From assembly GCA_045046875.1 (NCBI GenBank), contig JASFYY010000065.1:1-43363 (forward strand): a stretch of DNA of 43,363 bases, given 5' to 3'. The notes beneath the pieces are model-generated. The model had not been told where the DNA came from. It saw nothing but the letters and a program-made list of their open reading frames with translations, and ran no database searches. Below, in pieces: positions 19,671 to 29,717 of this stretch (within the stretch, counting starts at the first letter, position 1; each line of letters opens with the position of its first letter). This DNA comes from Verrucomicrobiota bacterium. GTDB taxonomy: Bacteria; Verrucomicrobiota; Verrucomicrobiia; Verrucomicrobiales; DEV007. A program made the translations under genes and the position numbers.

Positions 19671-20399
19671 TCACAAATTTTCCGACCAGGGAAAGGTGTA
19701 CTGATAAGCCTTGATATCCCCTTGATAGAGACGGCTCACCCGAGTGCGCAGCTCAGCATCATAAAAGTTGCCATACTCCGGAACGCCTTCGGCGAACTCG
19801 CTCCAGGGAACATCCGCCGCGAAGCCCTTCCATTTCTGATTCACTTTGGCGTGATGGTCGGAAGTCAATCCCTCCAGATCGAAGTCAAATCCATAACGCT
19901 GGTTCACCCAGGCGATATCTTCCGCTAGGTTCTCAAGCCGACAAATAATCGGATGACGCAAGTTGAGCAGTTCATAATCCTGAACTTGCTCCTGATAATG
20001 AATATCACACTTCACCCGTAGATCGGTCGATTCTAGAAAACTGACAAATTGCCGGAAGGTGATTTCTTCAATGGATTTCAATTTGAGGACATCCAGGATT
20101 CTCCAGTTTTTACCCAGCGCACGAACCTTGTTTTGCAGAGAGCTGATCACTCGGGTATAGGGGTTGCGAACCACCTTGATCAAGGTGTTCTTTCTGGACA
20201 ACAAGTCATTCACTGTCACGGGATAGCGCTCGTAAAAGACCTCTCCCCGGTAATTGTGAACCCAGGGATGGTGCTCCCGAGCTTCATCAAGCAGTCCCAT
20301 GTGACGGAAAAACATCATCGTTCCGATCGTGCAACCTGCTTTGCCGGACCAGTCCATGATCACCTTTCGCTCGGGGTCGAATAACATCTTGCCGATCAT
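19671..20399 (-). CDS. Sulfotransferase family 2 (CHST/HNK-1-like)
   Basis: WSGKAGCT, KVVRNPYTRVISS, TFRQFV, DIHYQEQ, RLENL.ED, Y..D...YQY. The frame is open to a TTG at 20567; the ATG at 20399 fits the domain start. Confidence 0.82.
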   Translation of the reverse strand: MIGKMLFDPERKVIMDWSGKAGCTIGTMMFFRHMGLLDEAREHHPWVHNYRGEVFYERYPVTVNDLLSRKNTLIKVVRNPYTRVISSLQNKVRALGKNWRILDVLKLKSIEEITFRQFVSFLESTDLRVKCDIHYQEQVQDYELLNLRHPIICRLENLAEDIAWVNQRYGFDFDLEGLTSDHHAKVNQKWKGFAADVPWSEFAEGVPEYGNFYDAELRTRVSRLYQGDIKAYQYTFPWSENL

Positions 20400-20563
20400 A
20401 CGATGCGCACGTGGGAGAAGGGTGATCTTTCCCCGCAAGCAAGCGAAACTACGGATGCGGCATCTCAGATTATCCGCATGTTCCGGTTGTATACGATATT
20501 GGAAGCCTGCTACACTTTTCTGCATGGAAATATTATCGTTTCGGCCAAGCGTTTGTAATCGAC

Positions 20564-21721
20564 TCAAGTCGAATTTTCCGAACTGTTTAATTCCTGTAAT
20601 TTTTTCCGGATAGTAGGATCTTTGCTGTTTAATTTTCTAGCTATTTTCAATAGTTCAACGGTCTGCTGCCTATACTCCACCGGCAGTGTTAGAGAAACAT
20701 CTCTTATTCGACGTGACAATCTGATGTCTCTAACTCTGGTTTTTGCCTGTTTTTTCAGAGACAAATGCGAAAAGACTTTCGCATACATCTGATGCAATTG
20801 CTGCTCGGTAAGTCTTTGCTCGTTCGCTATCTCGGGATATTGGCTGAAATCATCATTAAAAATGGCCTCGGTTGGGGATATTTTTAAGAACTCATTCAGC
20901 CTTATATTCCCCTCTTTGAATTGTTGGTAAAAATCCATCGCCTGTTTGCGGGAAGGCAACAACTTCTCCCTGTCTTTCAGTTTTTCATCTACTCGCCGGA
21001 CAGCTTTGACCAAGAGTTTTTTTTCTGCCTCGCAACTATTAAATTGCTCCCCACTTTGGTGTAAAAACAGTTGGCTTGTTCTAGTAAAGGATTCATTTTT
21101 CTTCCCGGCTAATCTGTAATCATGAGGATTAAAGTCGAAAATATCGCAAAAGTCTTCCACCACATCGCCTCCTTTTAACCTCTCATTTTCAAAAACCCGA
21201 ACAACCATTCGCTCTACACCAAATACCTCGGCCCACATGCTGAGTCTGGTTTCATAATCAAGAAAACCAGCTGCCAGAGGTGTAAGCGTTTCAGGCAATG
21301 CAGTCACAGTGTTTCCGTAAGCCCTTAAGGTTTTTGATCTTTTTTCTACATGTTTAGCACCTTCCTGTTTGTGCGAGACAGCCAAATAATCCTGACGCCT
21401 CAAATAGAAGATGATTCGAACCTCTCGGGCCACTCTTTGGAGTGCGTCTTTGAGACCTATTAGAGAATCGATATCATTTACCCAAAAAAGCATTTCTCGG
21501 GAAATAATTACACGCTCGGCTTTTAATTTACTTAACCGCTTAAAGGCCTGAAAATTCACCCCGATTGATGACTGATCAACACCCCCACCAATCATACCTT
21601 TTATATTGGATACGAGAATATTTTGCCCCAATAATTCCTTCCGGTTTAACCGCAAAAAGCTTTGGATAGATGAGGACCCGGTTTTGTGTGAGCCCGCGTG
21701 AATATATAATGTGTCAATCAT
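20564..21721 (-). CDS. Sulfotransferase-like P-loop protein
   Basis: LYIHAGSHKTGSSSIQ, ISRE, FYLRRQD, W..VFG, DVVEDF, NES. Confidence 0.7.
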   Translation of the reverse strand: MIDTLYIHAGSHKTGSSSIQSFLRLNRKELLGQNILVSNIKGMIGGGVDQSSIGVNFQAFKRLSKLKAERVIISREMLFWVNDIDSLIGLKDALQRVAREVRIIFYLRRQDYLAVSHKQEGAKHVEKRSKTLRAYGNTVTALPETLTPLAAGFLDYETRLSMWAEVFGVERMVVRVFENERLKGGDVVEDFCDIFDFNPHDYRLAGKKNESFTRTSQLFLHQSGEQFNSCEAEKKLLVKAVRRVDEKLKDREKLLPSRKQAMDFYQQFKEGNIRLNEFLKISPTEAIFNDDFSQYPEIANEQRLTEQQLHQMYAKVFSHLSLKKQAKTRVRDIRLSRRIRDVSLTLPVEYRQQTVELLKIARKLNSKDPTIRKKLQELNSSENST

Positions 21722-21787
21722 TAATCCATGTATAATGGACCTCTAAACCCCCGAAACTCAACCTCTAATCAAGCCTACCTACATATT

Positions 21788-22795
21788 ATGAGTAAACCAA
21801 TTTGTTATTTACACGTAGGAATAGGTAAAACTGGGTCTTCGGCGATTCAATATGCACTGACGAAGGCCCACGACCATTTGTTAAGCTGCGGATTACACTA
21901 CCCTGATATTTCCAACAATTTCAAGCAAGTGCTTAAATACAAAACAACGGCTGGGAACGCAGGAAAATTACGGAAAATTCTAAAACATAACGGGCGTAAA
22001 GATGTAATGCGGCTACTTAGCCCATTTTCTGCTCGTCCAGAAAATTTGGTTCTATCATGCGAAGGCTTCTCCAGGCTACCCTTTGCATGTCTGGAAGAGT
22101 TGGCACATGGACTAGACATTTTGGGATATGACATTCGGTGCTTGGTATTTTTTCGCCCTCAAGCGGAATCGCTTGTTTCTCGGTATTTGCAAAAGGTCAA
22201 AGGAAATAAGACTTATAACAAAACACTCGATGATTATATTGCCCATATGCTAAGTCCCGATAGATTTGACCGTGTGTGTAATTGGTATATCTTAGCACAA
22301 AAACTCGCCAAAGCATTTGGAGATCAAAATATAACGACTAAGTGGTACCCTGCAGTGCTTCGCACCCAATCACCCAGCGTAGTAAAAACGACAATGAACT
22401 GGCTGGGCGTATCATTGCCAAATGATTGCCTTGACGAGGAGGACAAAATAATCAACCCAACACCCGGCCGAGAAGCCTTAGTAATACTGGAGCGACTTAA
22501 TTCTCTCGGTTGGGGCAATATAAATTTTTCAGGAAATTTTCTAAGTAAAGCCCATAGACAAGGTGTACTAGGCAGCAAAGTATCTCTTAGCCCCTCATTG
22601 ATAGAGGAAATCGATACCACAACACGCGATAGCAATACTAAACTACTGAAACGTTATTGCCCTGAACTTTCAGTAAAGAACGAGCTTGATTCATTGAAAA
22701 AAAATCAACAAGCAGTCGCAATTGATACTAACAAAATAGATAAGCTAGAAAAAATAGCTTTGCACATATTCCGTAAAAGTATATCCGCCGCTTAA
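21788..22795 (+). CDS. Sulfotransferase-like P-loop protein
   Basis: CYLHVGIGKTGSSAIQ, LSCEGF, FFRPQ..LVSRY.Q. Likely start ATG at 21788. Confidence 0.7.
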   Translation: MSKPICYLHVGIGKTGSSAIQYALTKAHDHLLSCGLHYPDISNNFKQVLKYKTTAGNAGKLRKILKHNGRKDVMRLLSPFSARPENLVLSCEGFSRLPFACLEELAHGLDILGYDIRCLVFFRPQAESLVSRYLQKVKGNKTYNKTLDDYIAHMLSPDRFDRVCNWYILAQKLAKAFGDQNITTKWYPAVLRTQSPSVVKTTMNWLGVSLPNDCLDEEDKIINPTPGREALVILERLNSLGWGNINFSGNFLSKAHRQGVLGSKVSLSPSLIEEIDTTTRDSNTKLLKRYCPELSVKNELDSLKKNQQAVAIDTNKIDKLEKIALHIFRKSISAA

Positions 22796-22864
22796 TCGAA
22801 ATTAAGGAGCTTCCGCGTCACTGCTAAGATCTATACTAGGAAATATCCCTCCTCCACCAGAGAG

Positions 22865-25800
22865 TCAGTCCTGTTGCGTATCTTCAATTGTTGTTTTGTT
22901 TTTCCATGGGAAAGGGGAACTTGGAACCGGTTTTCCAACAAAATCGCAAAGTTTGGACCAGCCGTCGCCGGAAAATATATCAAATTTCAACAATTGATCG
23001 CACCGCTCACCTTGAAAAAACAAATTCACCCGTTTATCGTGATGCTGATATGCCTCCATTGCATCAGCATGCTCACAGTATAGATTATTATGTATCGCTC
23101 GGTAGATCTCGCCGTGACGGCAGCCCTCAGGGTGATTTATTCTTGCTTGTAACGCATCCCAGTCAGGGGCATCTAGATTGTTCGCGAAATGTTTAGTGAA
23201 GGATGCGACCCAACTTTGTATGGGCCTTTTCGTATAGACAAATTTTGCATCTGGGTATTGCTCGAAAATCTCTTCAAATTGAAAACTGACAGGTGTATCA
23301 GCAAAGGCATCAAATAGATGAAAATCATCATAGGAAATAATTTCCCGTGTCAACGGGTTAACGAAATGCACTGTAGAGAACCCAAGTATATCAAGAGCTG
23401 TCGACAATGAACTGGTGCCTGTTTTCGAAAGCCCTATTACAAAAACCTTGGCAGGTTTGAATGTAGAAAGGCCTTGATTGCACAGTCGCCGCCTAACTTC
23501 CACAAAGGACCGGAGTCTCCCCGATATATTTGACGAATCATCGAGTTTCGCCGAGCAAGACTTGAACCTCTCGTAATCACGTAAAGCCAATAGGGCACCC
23601 AACTGGACGATTAAAAGCAAGTCCGATTCGAAATTTTTTGGAAACTTATCCAATCGTTCACTTACCGCCTCCTCACATTTCAACAGTCGCCGGGTTCGCT
23701 CGGAGCCATCGAATAAAATAGGGATCAACGACAGGCATCGGTCTAAGGCCAACGCGTCTTTCAATCGTTTGGTCACAAGGTCAAAAATCACTCTCGCATT
23801 GGTAATCCTATTGCTCCGCACGAGTGAAGTCACCACATCCAGATCATCAACAGTCCCCACATCACTTTTTAGCGCCCCCGATTGATACTCTTTGACTAGA
23901 TCTTCCGAATTTCCAGAATCAAGAAATACCCGACTTAACCCCTGTATTATATAGGGCGTTACACCTCCTTGAATATCTACCAGCTGTCGATAAATCTGGA
24001 TAGCTTCCTTGTGCCGCTCCGAAAACATGAGTGCATGAGCCAAGCCTCCATACCAGTTCAGCTGAGCTTGAGCGGGGAAACGATCGAAACAATTTTTCCA
24101 TTGGGTTGCTGCAGCCGCCCAATTTTCATTCATTGCCAAGACACGTGCTCGTGATGCAATGACAATCGAATTTTCTGTTTGATAAGCCCATCTTTGCCCT
24201 TGCCCTCCCCCTTCGATAAAATCGAATCGTTTTTGCAGTTTATGCTTTCGCGTTACCGGTTCTGAATCAGGTATAGCATTGATCAATCCACATTCTACCA
24301 ATTGACTGGCAGATTCAAAAGCCAAGGTGCTTGGTGATTTCGGGAAATCCGAAAGGTCGATATTTTCAAGCACCTGACGATAGCGATCATGGGAGACCTT
24401 GCAATGCGGGCTCCTGTTCTTCAGGCGCCCCTGAACATCGAGTGCCCGAGGCGTACCAACCGCCCGGCTTTCCCGAAGAATTTTATAGTGAAGCAACGCT
24501 CCCGTTACTTCGCTGACCTGTGCGGCCGTCGTTGTATGATTGGTAAGGTAGCGAACATCCGCTCCACCCCATACAATAGGAGCCTTTCTCAGTCTATGCG
24601 TCGTGTTAAAAAGTCGATCGCGCGCGCCCCCCTCAATGCTCCTATAGGGCGATTGCCAGTCGCCAAAAACCAAGTAGTCGCTATCAAAAAGGGGCGAGAA
24701 ACTCTGCGGATCATCTCCGCTTTTAAACAATGAATACGCGTCCCCTTTATCTGGGTACATATCCAACATGAACCCGAACATGACTTCATCACCATGGTCG
24801 CGCATGTGATCAACAACTTGCCGCAAACCTTTATCCCTTGGGCCAGGAACTACCAATTGCTCGTCCGCATCGACAAAAATGCACCAGTTGCCGTCGCCAT
24901 GTCGTTCAATCAGTTCATTGATCCACCGCATACCAGAGGAAGCCTGGTGGAAGTTGTCATCAGTCCAATAAACGGTTGTGTCGGCTTGACTGCAAAGAAA
25001 TTCCTTTGATTCATCACTGGAGCCGTTGTCGACAAAGAAAAACCAATCAACCCCAATCGATCGATAATATTCAAAAAACCAGGGCAATAAATCGATCTCA
25101 TCCCGGATTACACAAAACAAGAGGATTTTTTCGCACAAACTGGGAGCCTGATTGGAATCGATACGTTCAAATCGTTTCAGCTGGCCATGAACTGCGAAGG
25201 AATACTGTTCCCTCAGCAACTGTTTAGAAATTTGTTTTGCGCGAATGTGATCACCCTCTGCCTGAGTAATCCAAGCATTAAGCTCATCGGTGTGGGAGCA
25301 TCGCCCAAAAGCTTTCTCGATGTGCTTAGTGATGCTCGCCGTTTCTTCAAGTCGGTTGGCACAGATCAAAGCCCGCGCTTGTTCTATCCACGCGTCCCTG
25401 GAAATCGGAAAACGCTGACATATCCCTTTCGTTGTCTCCAGTAACTCGGTAAGATCGTTGGCAAATCGAATATTATTACGCATGTGCCCCGCCAAGGCTA
25501 TATGGATTTTTACAGAATCTGGAAAAAGTCCTGCATAATGGCGCGCCGCCACTAGGGGTCTTGGTCCATTTTCAGAAACATTCAACTCGTCGATATGACG
25601 CAATGCTTTATGAGGATCCCCCGCAACATCCCTATAATCATCAACGATGTGGTGCATTTTGTCCGAAAGACTATTCTGAAAACGCTTATAGCCCAAGTTC
25701 TCCTCTGTAATCCTGCGAAACCTCATACGGGCTGCCGACCAATATTGGCGGGCACTCGCTTCATCTCTTCGCGTGGCTGCATTGTTTGCGCGCTGTATCC

Positions 25801-27292
25801 AACAAAGCCGCCAGTCGGGACGTTTGACGATCAATGCCTCCAGAATTTCTTCGGCTAAATCAAAATGACCTGTTTTGGTGCATGCCTGCGCTCGTGACAC
25901 GAGATCAGAATCCGACATTTTGTCCCTATAAGTCTCAAAGACAAAATCCCAACGTTCCAAGCTACACTGCCAGTCCATTCGCTGAGCGGCTATCCGAGCC
26001 AAGCCGATATAACCTTCAACACGATTGGGGTAGCGCTCGGTTGCCGATTGGTAAACGGCTTCAGCCTCATCAATCCGCTCAAGAACCGCCAAGACTCGCC
26101 CCGCTTCAACAAACCAAAACGGTCTGGCCTGTTCGATGAATCGATCGAAACAATCTTGCCAACACGTAGCCGCTATCTCCCGGTCCTTACGGCTGGCGGC
26201 TATTTGAGCCAAGCCCACATAACCCTCGGCGCGATCGTCGTAGCGCTCGATTGCCGAACGGTAAACTGCTTCGGCCTCATCTATCCGTCCAAGGGTCACT
26301 AACGCTCGACCGAGTTCAACAAACCAAAACGGCTTCCCTTGCTCAGAAAATCGTTCCAGGCAAAATCGCCAACTTGCGATTGCCCCTTCCCAATCCTTCC
26401 GTTTGGCAGCAATCTGGGCCAGACCCACGTGGCCCTCGGCACGCTCTGGGTAATACTCGGTAGCCGAGAGATAGGCAGATTCAGCTTCATCGATCCGCTG
26501 CAAAGCCATGAATTCCCGGCCGGCTTTCACACTTGTGATAACCGGGCATTGCATTTGTTTGCTTGTCAGGTAATCAAGCATTTCCCCAAAGTTATCCACT
26601 CTTTCCTCTAAATCCGAATCCGATTGCTTGACGATGATTTCATCAAAAAGATGCCCCCTTTCCTCCACCCCGATAAACTCCAGTAATTCATCCAGCTTTT
26701 CCGAATTGTGCAGGTCCTTGTACCAAATTTCAAACAAAGGAATATCGTTTTTTTCGCTATCAGCCTCCAGTTTTCGATAGAACTGTTGGATCTTATTTCT
26801 GTATTCTTCGTAGTCCGCAGACACGAAACGAATTTTACAATCGTAGCGCGCGCGCTTTCTGCGCATTCTACGCAGGGATTTAACATTGCCATCTATACAA
26901 GAATCGATTTTCCATACCCCACTCTCCTTGGCCTGGCATAGGGAAATATAGGAGGTCAAAATGTCCCTCTTGAGATGAACTCGGCGGATTGATTTGTCAC
27001 CCAGCACTCTATTGATGGCATACGAATGATGCCCGGGGAAAATTTTGAAACCAGTTACTTTGTCAGAGTGTGCCTCAACAACGCGATTGAAAAACAGCTC
27101 GATGTTATCATCGCGCTTAGAGACATCCTTTATATCATGCTCAAAATGAACCTCCAAGTCTTCCCTCAAGCCGACGAATCCAGGGTTGAACACCTCCCCA
27201 TGGCAGATGATTTCGTCCACTTGATTGAGCAAAGAGATCAAGTAATTCGACCCGGTGCGCATGGATCCGAAAATGACAAAGCGTGGTTTCAT
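22865..27292 (-). CDS. 1475-aa multidomain protein: Stf0-like sulfotransferase / TPR / GT2 (Glyco_tranf_2_4-like) / TPR / Sulfotransfer_4-like
   Basis: GSMRTGSN..CHGEVFNP; 70-aa TPR units; VIRDE...VDNGSSD...VDADE...LLHYK; IGLSKTGT..DGW..LC.F.G.PVP..PFPW.N. Confidence 0.85.
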   Translation of the reverse strand: MKPRFVIFGSMRTGSNYLISLLNQVDEIICHGEVFNPGFVGLREDLEVHFEHDIKDVSKRDDNIELFFNRVVEAHSDKVTGFKIFPGHHSYAINRVLGDKSIRRVHLKRDILTSYISLCQAKESGVWKIDSCIDGNVKSLRRMRRKRARYDCKIRFVSADYEEYRNKIQQFYRKLEADSEKNDIPLFEIWYKDLHNSEKLDELLEFIGVEERGHLFDEIIVKQSDSDLEERVDNFGEMLDYLTSKQMQCPVITSVKAGREFMALQRIDEAESAYLSATEYYPERAEGHVGLAQIAAKRKDWEGAIASWRFCLERFSEQGKPFWFVELGRALVTLGRIDEAEAVYRSAIERYDDRAEGYVGLAQIAASRKDREIAATCWQDCFDRFIEQARPFWFVEAGRVLAVLERIDEAEAVYQSATERYPNRVEGYIGLARIAAQRMDWQCSLERWDFVFETYRDKMSDSDLVSRAQACTKTGHFDLAEEILEALIVKRPDWRLCWIQRANNAATRRDEASARQYWSAARMRFRRITEENLGYKRFQNSLSDKMHHIVDDYRDVAGDPHKALRHIDELNVSENGPRPLVAARHYAGLFPDSVKIHIALAGHMRNNIRFANDLTELLETTKGICQRFPISRDAWIEQARALICANRLEETASITKHIEKAFGRCSHTDELNAWITQAEGDHIRAKQISKQLLREQYSFAVHGQLKRFERIDSNQAPSLCEKILLFCVIRDEIDLLPWFFEYYRSIGVDWFFFVDNGSSDESKEFLCSQADTTVYWTDDNFHQASSGMRWINELIERHGDGNWCIFVDADEQLVVPGPRDKGLRQVVDHMRDHGDEVMFGFMLDMYPDKGDAYSLFKSGDDPQSFSPLFDSDYLVFGDWQSPYRSIEGGARDRLFNTTHRLRKAPIVWGGADVRYLTNHTTTAAQVSEVTGALLHYKILRESRAVGTPRALDVQGRLKNRSPHCKVSHDRYRQVLENIDLSDFPKSPSTLAFESASQLVECGLINAIPDSEPVTRKHKLQKRFDFIEGGGQGQRWAYQTENSIVIASRARVLAMNENWAAAATQWKNCFDRFPAQAQLNWYGGLAHALMFSERHKEAIQIYRQLVDIQGGVTPYIIQGLSRVFLDSGNSEDLVKEYQSGALKSDVGTVDDLDVVTSLVRSNRITNARVIFDLVTKRLKDALALDRCLSLIPILFDGSERTRRLLKCEEAVSERLDKFPKNFESDLLLIVQLGALLALRDYERFKSCSAKLDDSSNISGRLRSFVEVRRRLCNQGLSTFKPAKVFVIGLSKTGTSSLSTALDILGFSTVHFVNPLTREIISYDDFHLFDAFADTPVSFQFEEIFEQYPDAKFVYTKRPIQSWVASFTKHFANNLDAPDWDALQARINHPEGCRHGEIYRAIHNNLYCEHADAMEAYQHHDKRVNLFFQGERCDQLLKFDIFSGDGWSKLCDFVGKPVPSSPFPWKNKTTIEDTQQD
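25930..26530 (-). repeat. Three tandem 210-bp (70-aa) TPR-pair repeats
   Basis: The Arg codons of RIDEAE lie at 26497, 26287 and 26077, exactly 210 bp apart, with visible nucleotide similarity. Confidence 0.85.
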
Positions 27293-27329
27293 TGGAATTG
27301 TCCGGGGTTTTAAAAAGTTGAAGTAATGA

Positions 27330-29684
27330 TTACAGCCAATGTGAATTCACGCGACCTTTTAAAGCCACAAAAAGGTTCGGATGATGGTTACGAATATGTT
27401 TCGCCATTTCTTCATAATTGGTGACCAATTTTTCAATCGGCTCAATAGTTTGTTTTTTTAGATTTATTTTTAGAGAATCAGAAGCTGGCTTCACAAGTCC
27501 TAGAAATGGGCAAATTTTATCGAACGCCACTTTATCAATCACCTCCTCAAAATCGACCAATAAAAATTGATCCGGCCGATCCAATGCATAGCTCTCGAGC
27601 CTACTGTAGTAGTCATAATGCCACTGAAGCTCGCGATCAAAAGTACCCACATCAAAACGGAATGTGGGATCTTCAGGATACTGTCGGTGCCCTTTGTCAA
27701 TCCAGACCCCAGTAACCTTCGCCCTTTGAAGTGAAATATACATATCAAATGTATTACGCCGGAGAATAATTTTAGCGATTTTATCCGAATGAATCACATG
27801 GTTCTCAACAGTCGTATTCTGCGATGCCAACAACTTGAACCCGACCGTTCCTTCCCCGCTGAGCTCAATGACCCGTGAGAGATACTCAAGTTCTTGCTCA
27901 TTTCGTTGTTTCAAATCAAGGGGAAGTTTTTCTAAAATGTCTTCATCGAGCTCAATCCTGGCTTTTTTAAAAATCTCCCCATGACACCGCACTCCTTGTA
28001 TCTGATTTAATAAATCAACCAACAAATAAGAACCTGAACGCGCATAAGCAAGAATCACAAAGCTACGCTTATCTATTCCAACGCAATCATAATCTGCCCC
28101 TTCAATGGAACTTTCTTTTTTCTGTGCTGTAGCAACAAAATCAGGGCGCCCCGTCCCAATCTCGCAAGAACGCAAGGTCCGAGGGAAATCCATCGAGCAA
28201 AGATTTCGGATATACGGAGCCACTTGCATGTCACCCATAATCTGCACTTTTGTACTATCAAACGAACCGGTTTCCCGTTTTTTACTAGCTATTTGTTTAT
28301 AACTCGGATCGGCTGATCCGGATTCATTTGTAAGGCAAATCGGAAAATAATTCTGCAGATGGCTGAATGACATCCAACTTTCAAAATCCTGGTCCGGATC
28401 GACCAAAAACGCGATCCCGTTTTTTCGCCTGGAGAAAAATTCGTAAAATAGTTGGCAAGTGTATCGGTCGCGAATCTCGAATGACTTTTCGCCAAGACCT
28501 AATTCTTCCATCACCCCTGTAAACTCCACAATATCCTTGCGAAACGGCCTGCCGAGAAACTGAATATCGAGTATCGAGTTCAGGCTCTCTGTAAGCTGTT
28601 CCAATCGGGAATCGGATAAATTATGCCCCAGAATCACAAATACCGGCTGCTCAATTGCCAGATACAACTCCCGGCAATTGTCATGAAGATACCCAGGCAA
28701 AGGCTTCCCAAGCGGGTAGTAAGATTCGACTTTGGAAGAAAATTTGGCGTTTTCCGCATCAAGCAAAGCAGGATTCGTAGCAATATTCGCCCTGTCGTCA
28801 GATCTCGATATGCGATCCTCCAAAGCCTGGAATAATGTTTCGGCTTGAGGTGATACCTTCCTCGCAAAGAAGTGATGGCGCTTTCCCACCAGAAACGGCT
28901 CGTGATCATTATGAAACACGTAAGGCCGTCCTCTCGGCGTGAGTGCATGCAGAACAAAGGGCATATTCGCCACTTCCTCTTCATCAATGAGATTCGCCAC
29001 GAGAGTCTGAAAAAAAGACTCATCGGGAATCCAGGTTGATTTAAAATAGCGTTTTACTCTCGGATGGCCCTTTAGAAATTCAAAAATTCGATCACAGGTT
29101 GAAAACCTAAGGCACCACCATTGGCTACCTAGATGCGGCCGAAGTTTGTCCGGCAGTGATCGTTTTACACCCATTTTTTTTTGCAATGACAATAGGACAT
29201 CGAAGCCACGCCGTTCTCCACGGAAGTTTAAGGGGTAAAAATACTGAAATCGCTCCAGATTCGGCCCATCCTTTACCCATCTATTTTCCTGAGCATCACA
29301 AGTTTCGATAAAATCCAAACCCGAATTTCTATCTAGAAAAATCTCAAGTTCGCCGGGCGGACGGATCGGGAAATGGGAACCGCTCAACAAAACCACATGC
29401 GAAACCGGATCGCCCCCATCTCGAAATTTTTCAATACCTGAAAGCGTGGCCGCTACCAGAGACCAATCCGCCCATTGGCAAGTAACCGCTCTGGCTTCCT
29501 CGAACTCCCCACCCGTGCGCACATGAGAAAGAAAATCAGAGCGTTTCTGCCCCCGAACCGATCCATCAAGATGTAGGACAATGCGGCTGTTTCCCTGCTT
29601 CAGGATACGAACCATACGTGCAATTTGCCCACAGTTATTGTGAGCGAGAATGAGATAGCCTATCTTGATTGTCGAATCTTGCAT
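27330..29684 (-). CDS. GT14 (Core-2/I-branching) glycosyltransferase fused to an Stf0/NodH-like sulfotransferase
   Basis: GT14 motifs YLILAH, WADWSLV.ATL, LLSG, GSQWW, IPDESFFQT, FFARK; C-terminal AYARSGS...CHGEIF. Confidence 0.85.
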   Translation of the reverse strand: MQDSTIKIGYLILAHNNCGQIARMVRILKQGNSRIVLHLDGSVRGQKRSDFLSHVRTGGEFEEARAVTCQWADWSLVAATLSGIEKFRDGGDPVSHVVLLSGSHFPIRPPGELEIFLDRNSGLDFIETCDAQENRWVKDGPNLERFQYFYPLNFRGERRGFDVLLSLQKKMGVKRSLPDKLRPHLGSQWWCLRFSTCDRIFEFLKGHPRVKRYFKSTWIPDESFFQTLVANLIDEEEVANMPFVLHALTPRGRPYVFHNDHEPFLVGKRHHFFARKVSPQAETLFQALEDRISRSDDRANIATNPALLDAENAKFSSKVESYYPLGKPLPGYLHDNCRELYLAIEQPVFVILGHNLSDSRLEQLTESLNSILDIQFLGRPFRKDIVEFTGVMEELGLGEKSFEIRDRYTCQLFYEFFSRRKNGIAFLVDPDQDFESWMSFSHLQNYFPICLTNESGSADPSYKQIASKKRETGSFDSTKVQIMGDMQVAPYIRNLCSMDFPRTLRSCEIGTGRPDFVATAQKKESSIEGADYDCVGIDKRSFVILAYARSGSYLLVDLLNQIQGVRCHGEIFKKARIELDEDILEKLPLDLKQRNEQELEYLSRVIELSGEGTVGFKLLASQNTTVENHVIHSDKIAKIILRRNTFDMYISLQRAKVTGVWIDKGHRQYPEDPTFRFDVGTFDRELQWHYDYYSRLESYALDRPDQFLLVDFEEVIDKVAFDKICPFLGLVKPASDSLKINLKKQTIEPIEKLVTNYEEMAKHIRNHHPNLFVALKGRVNSHWL

Positions 29685-29717
29685 GAACTATGGTTGAAGA
29701 CCTCGGTAATTCGTTGC

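Noticed and set aside
25930..26530. Possible CRISPR-like or non-coding repeat array
   Set aside because: The 210-bp period is in frame and encodes TPR units; there is no repeat-spacer structure or cas gene.
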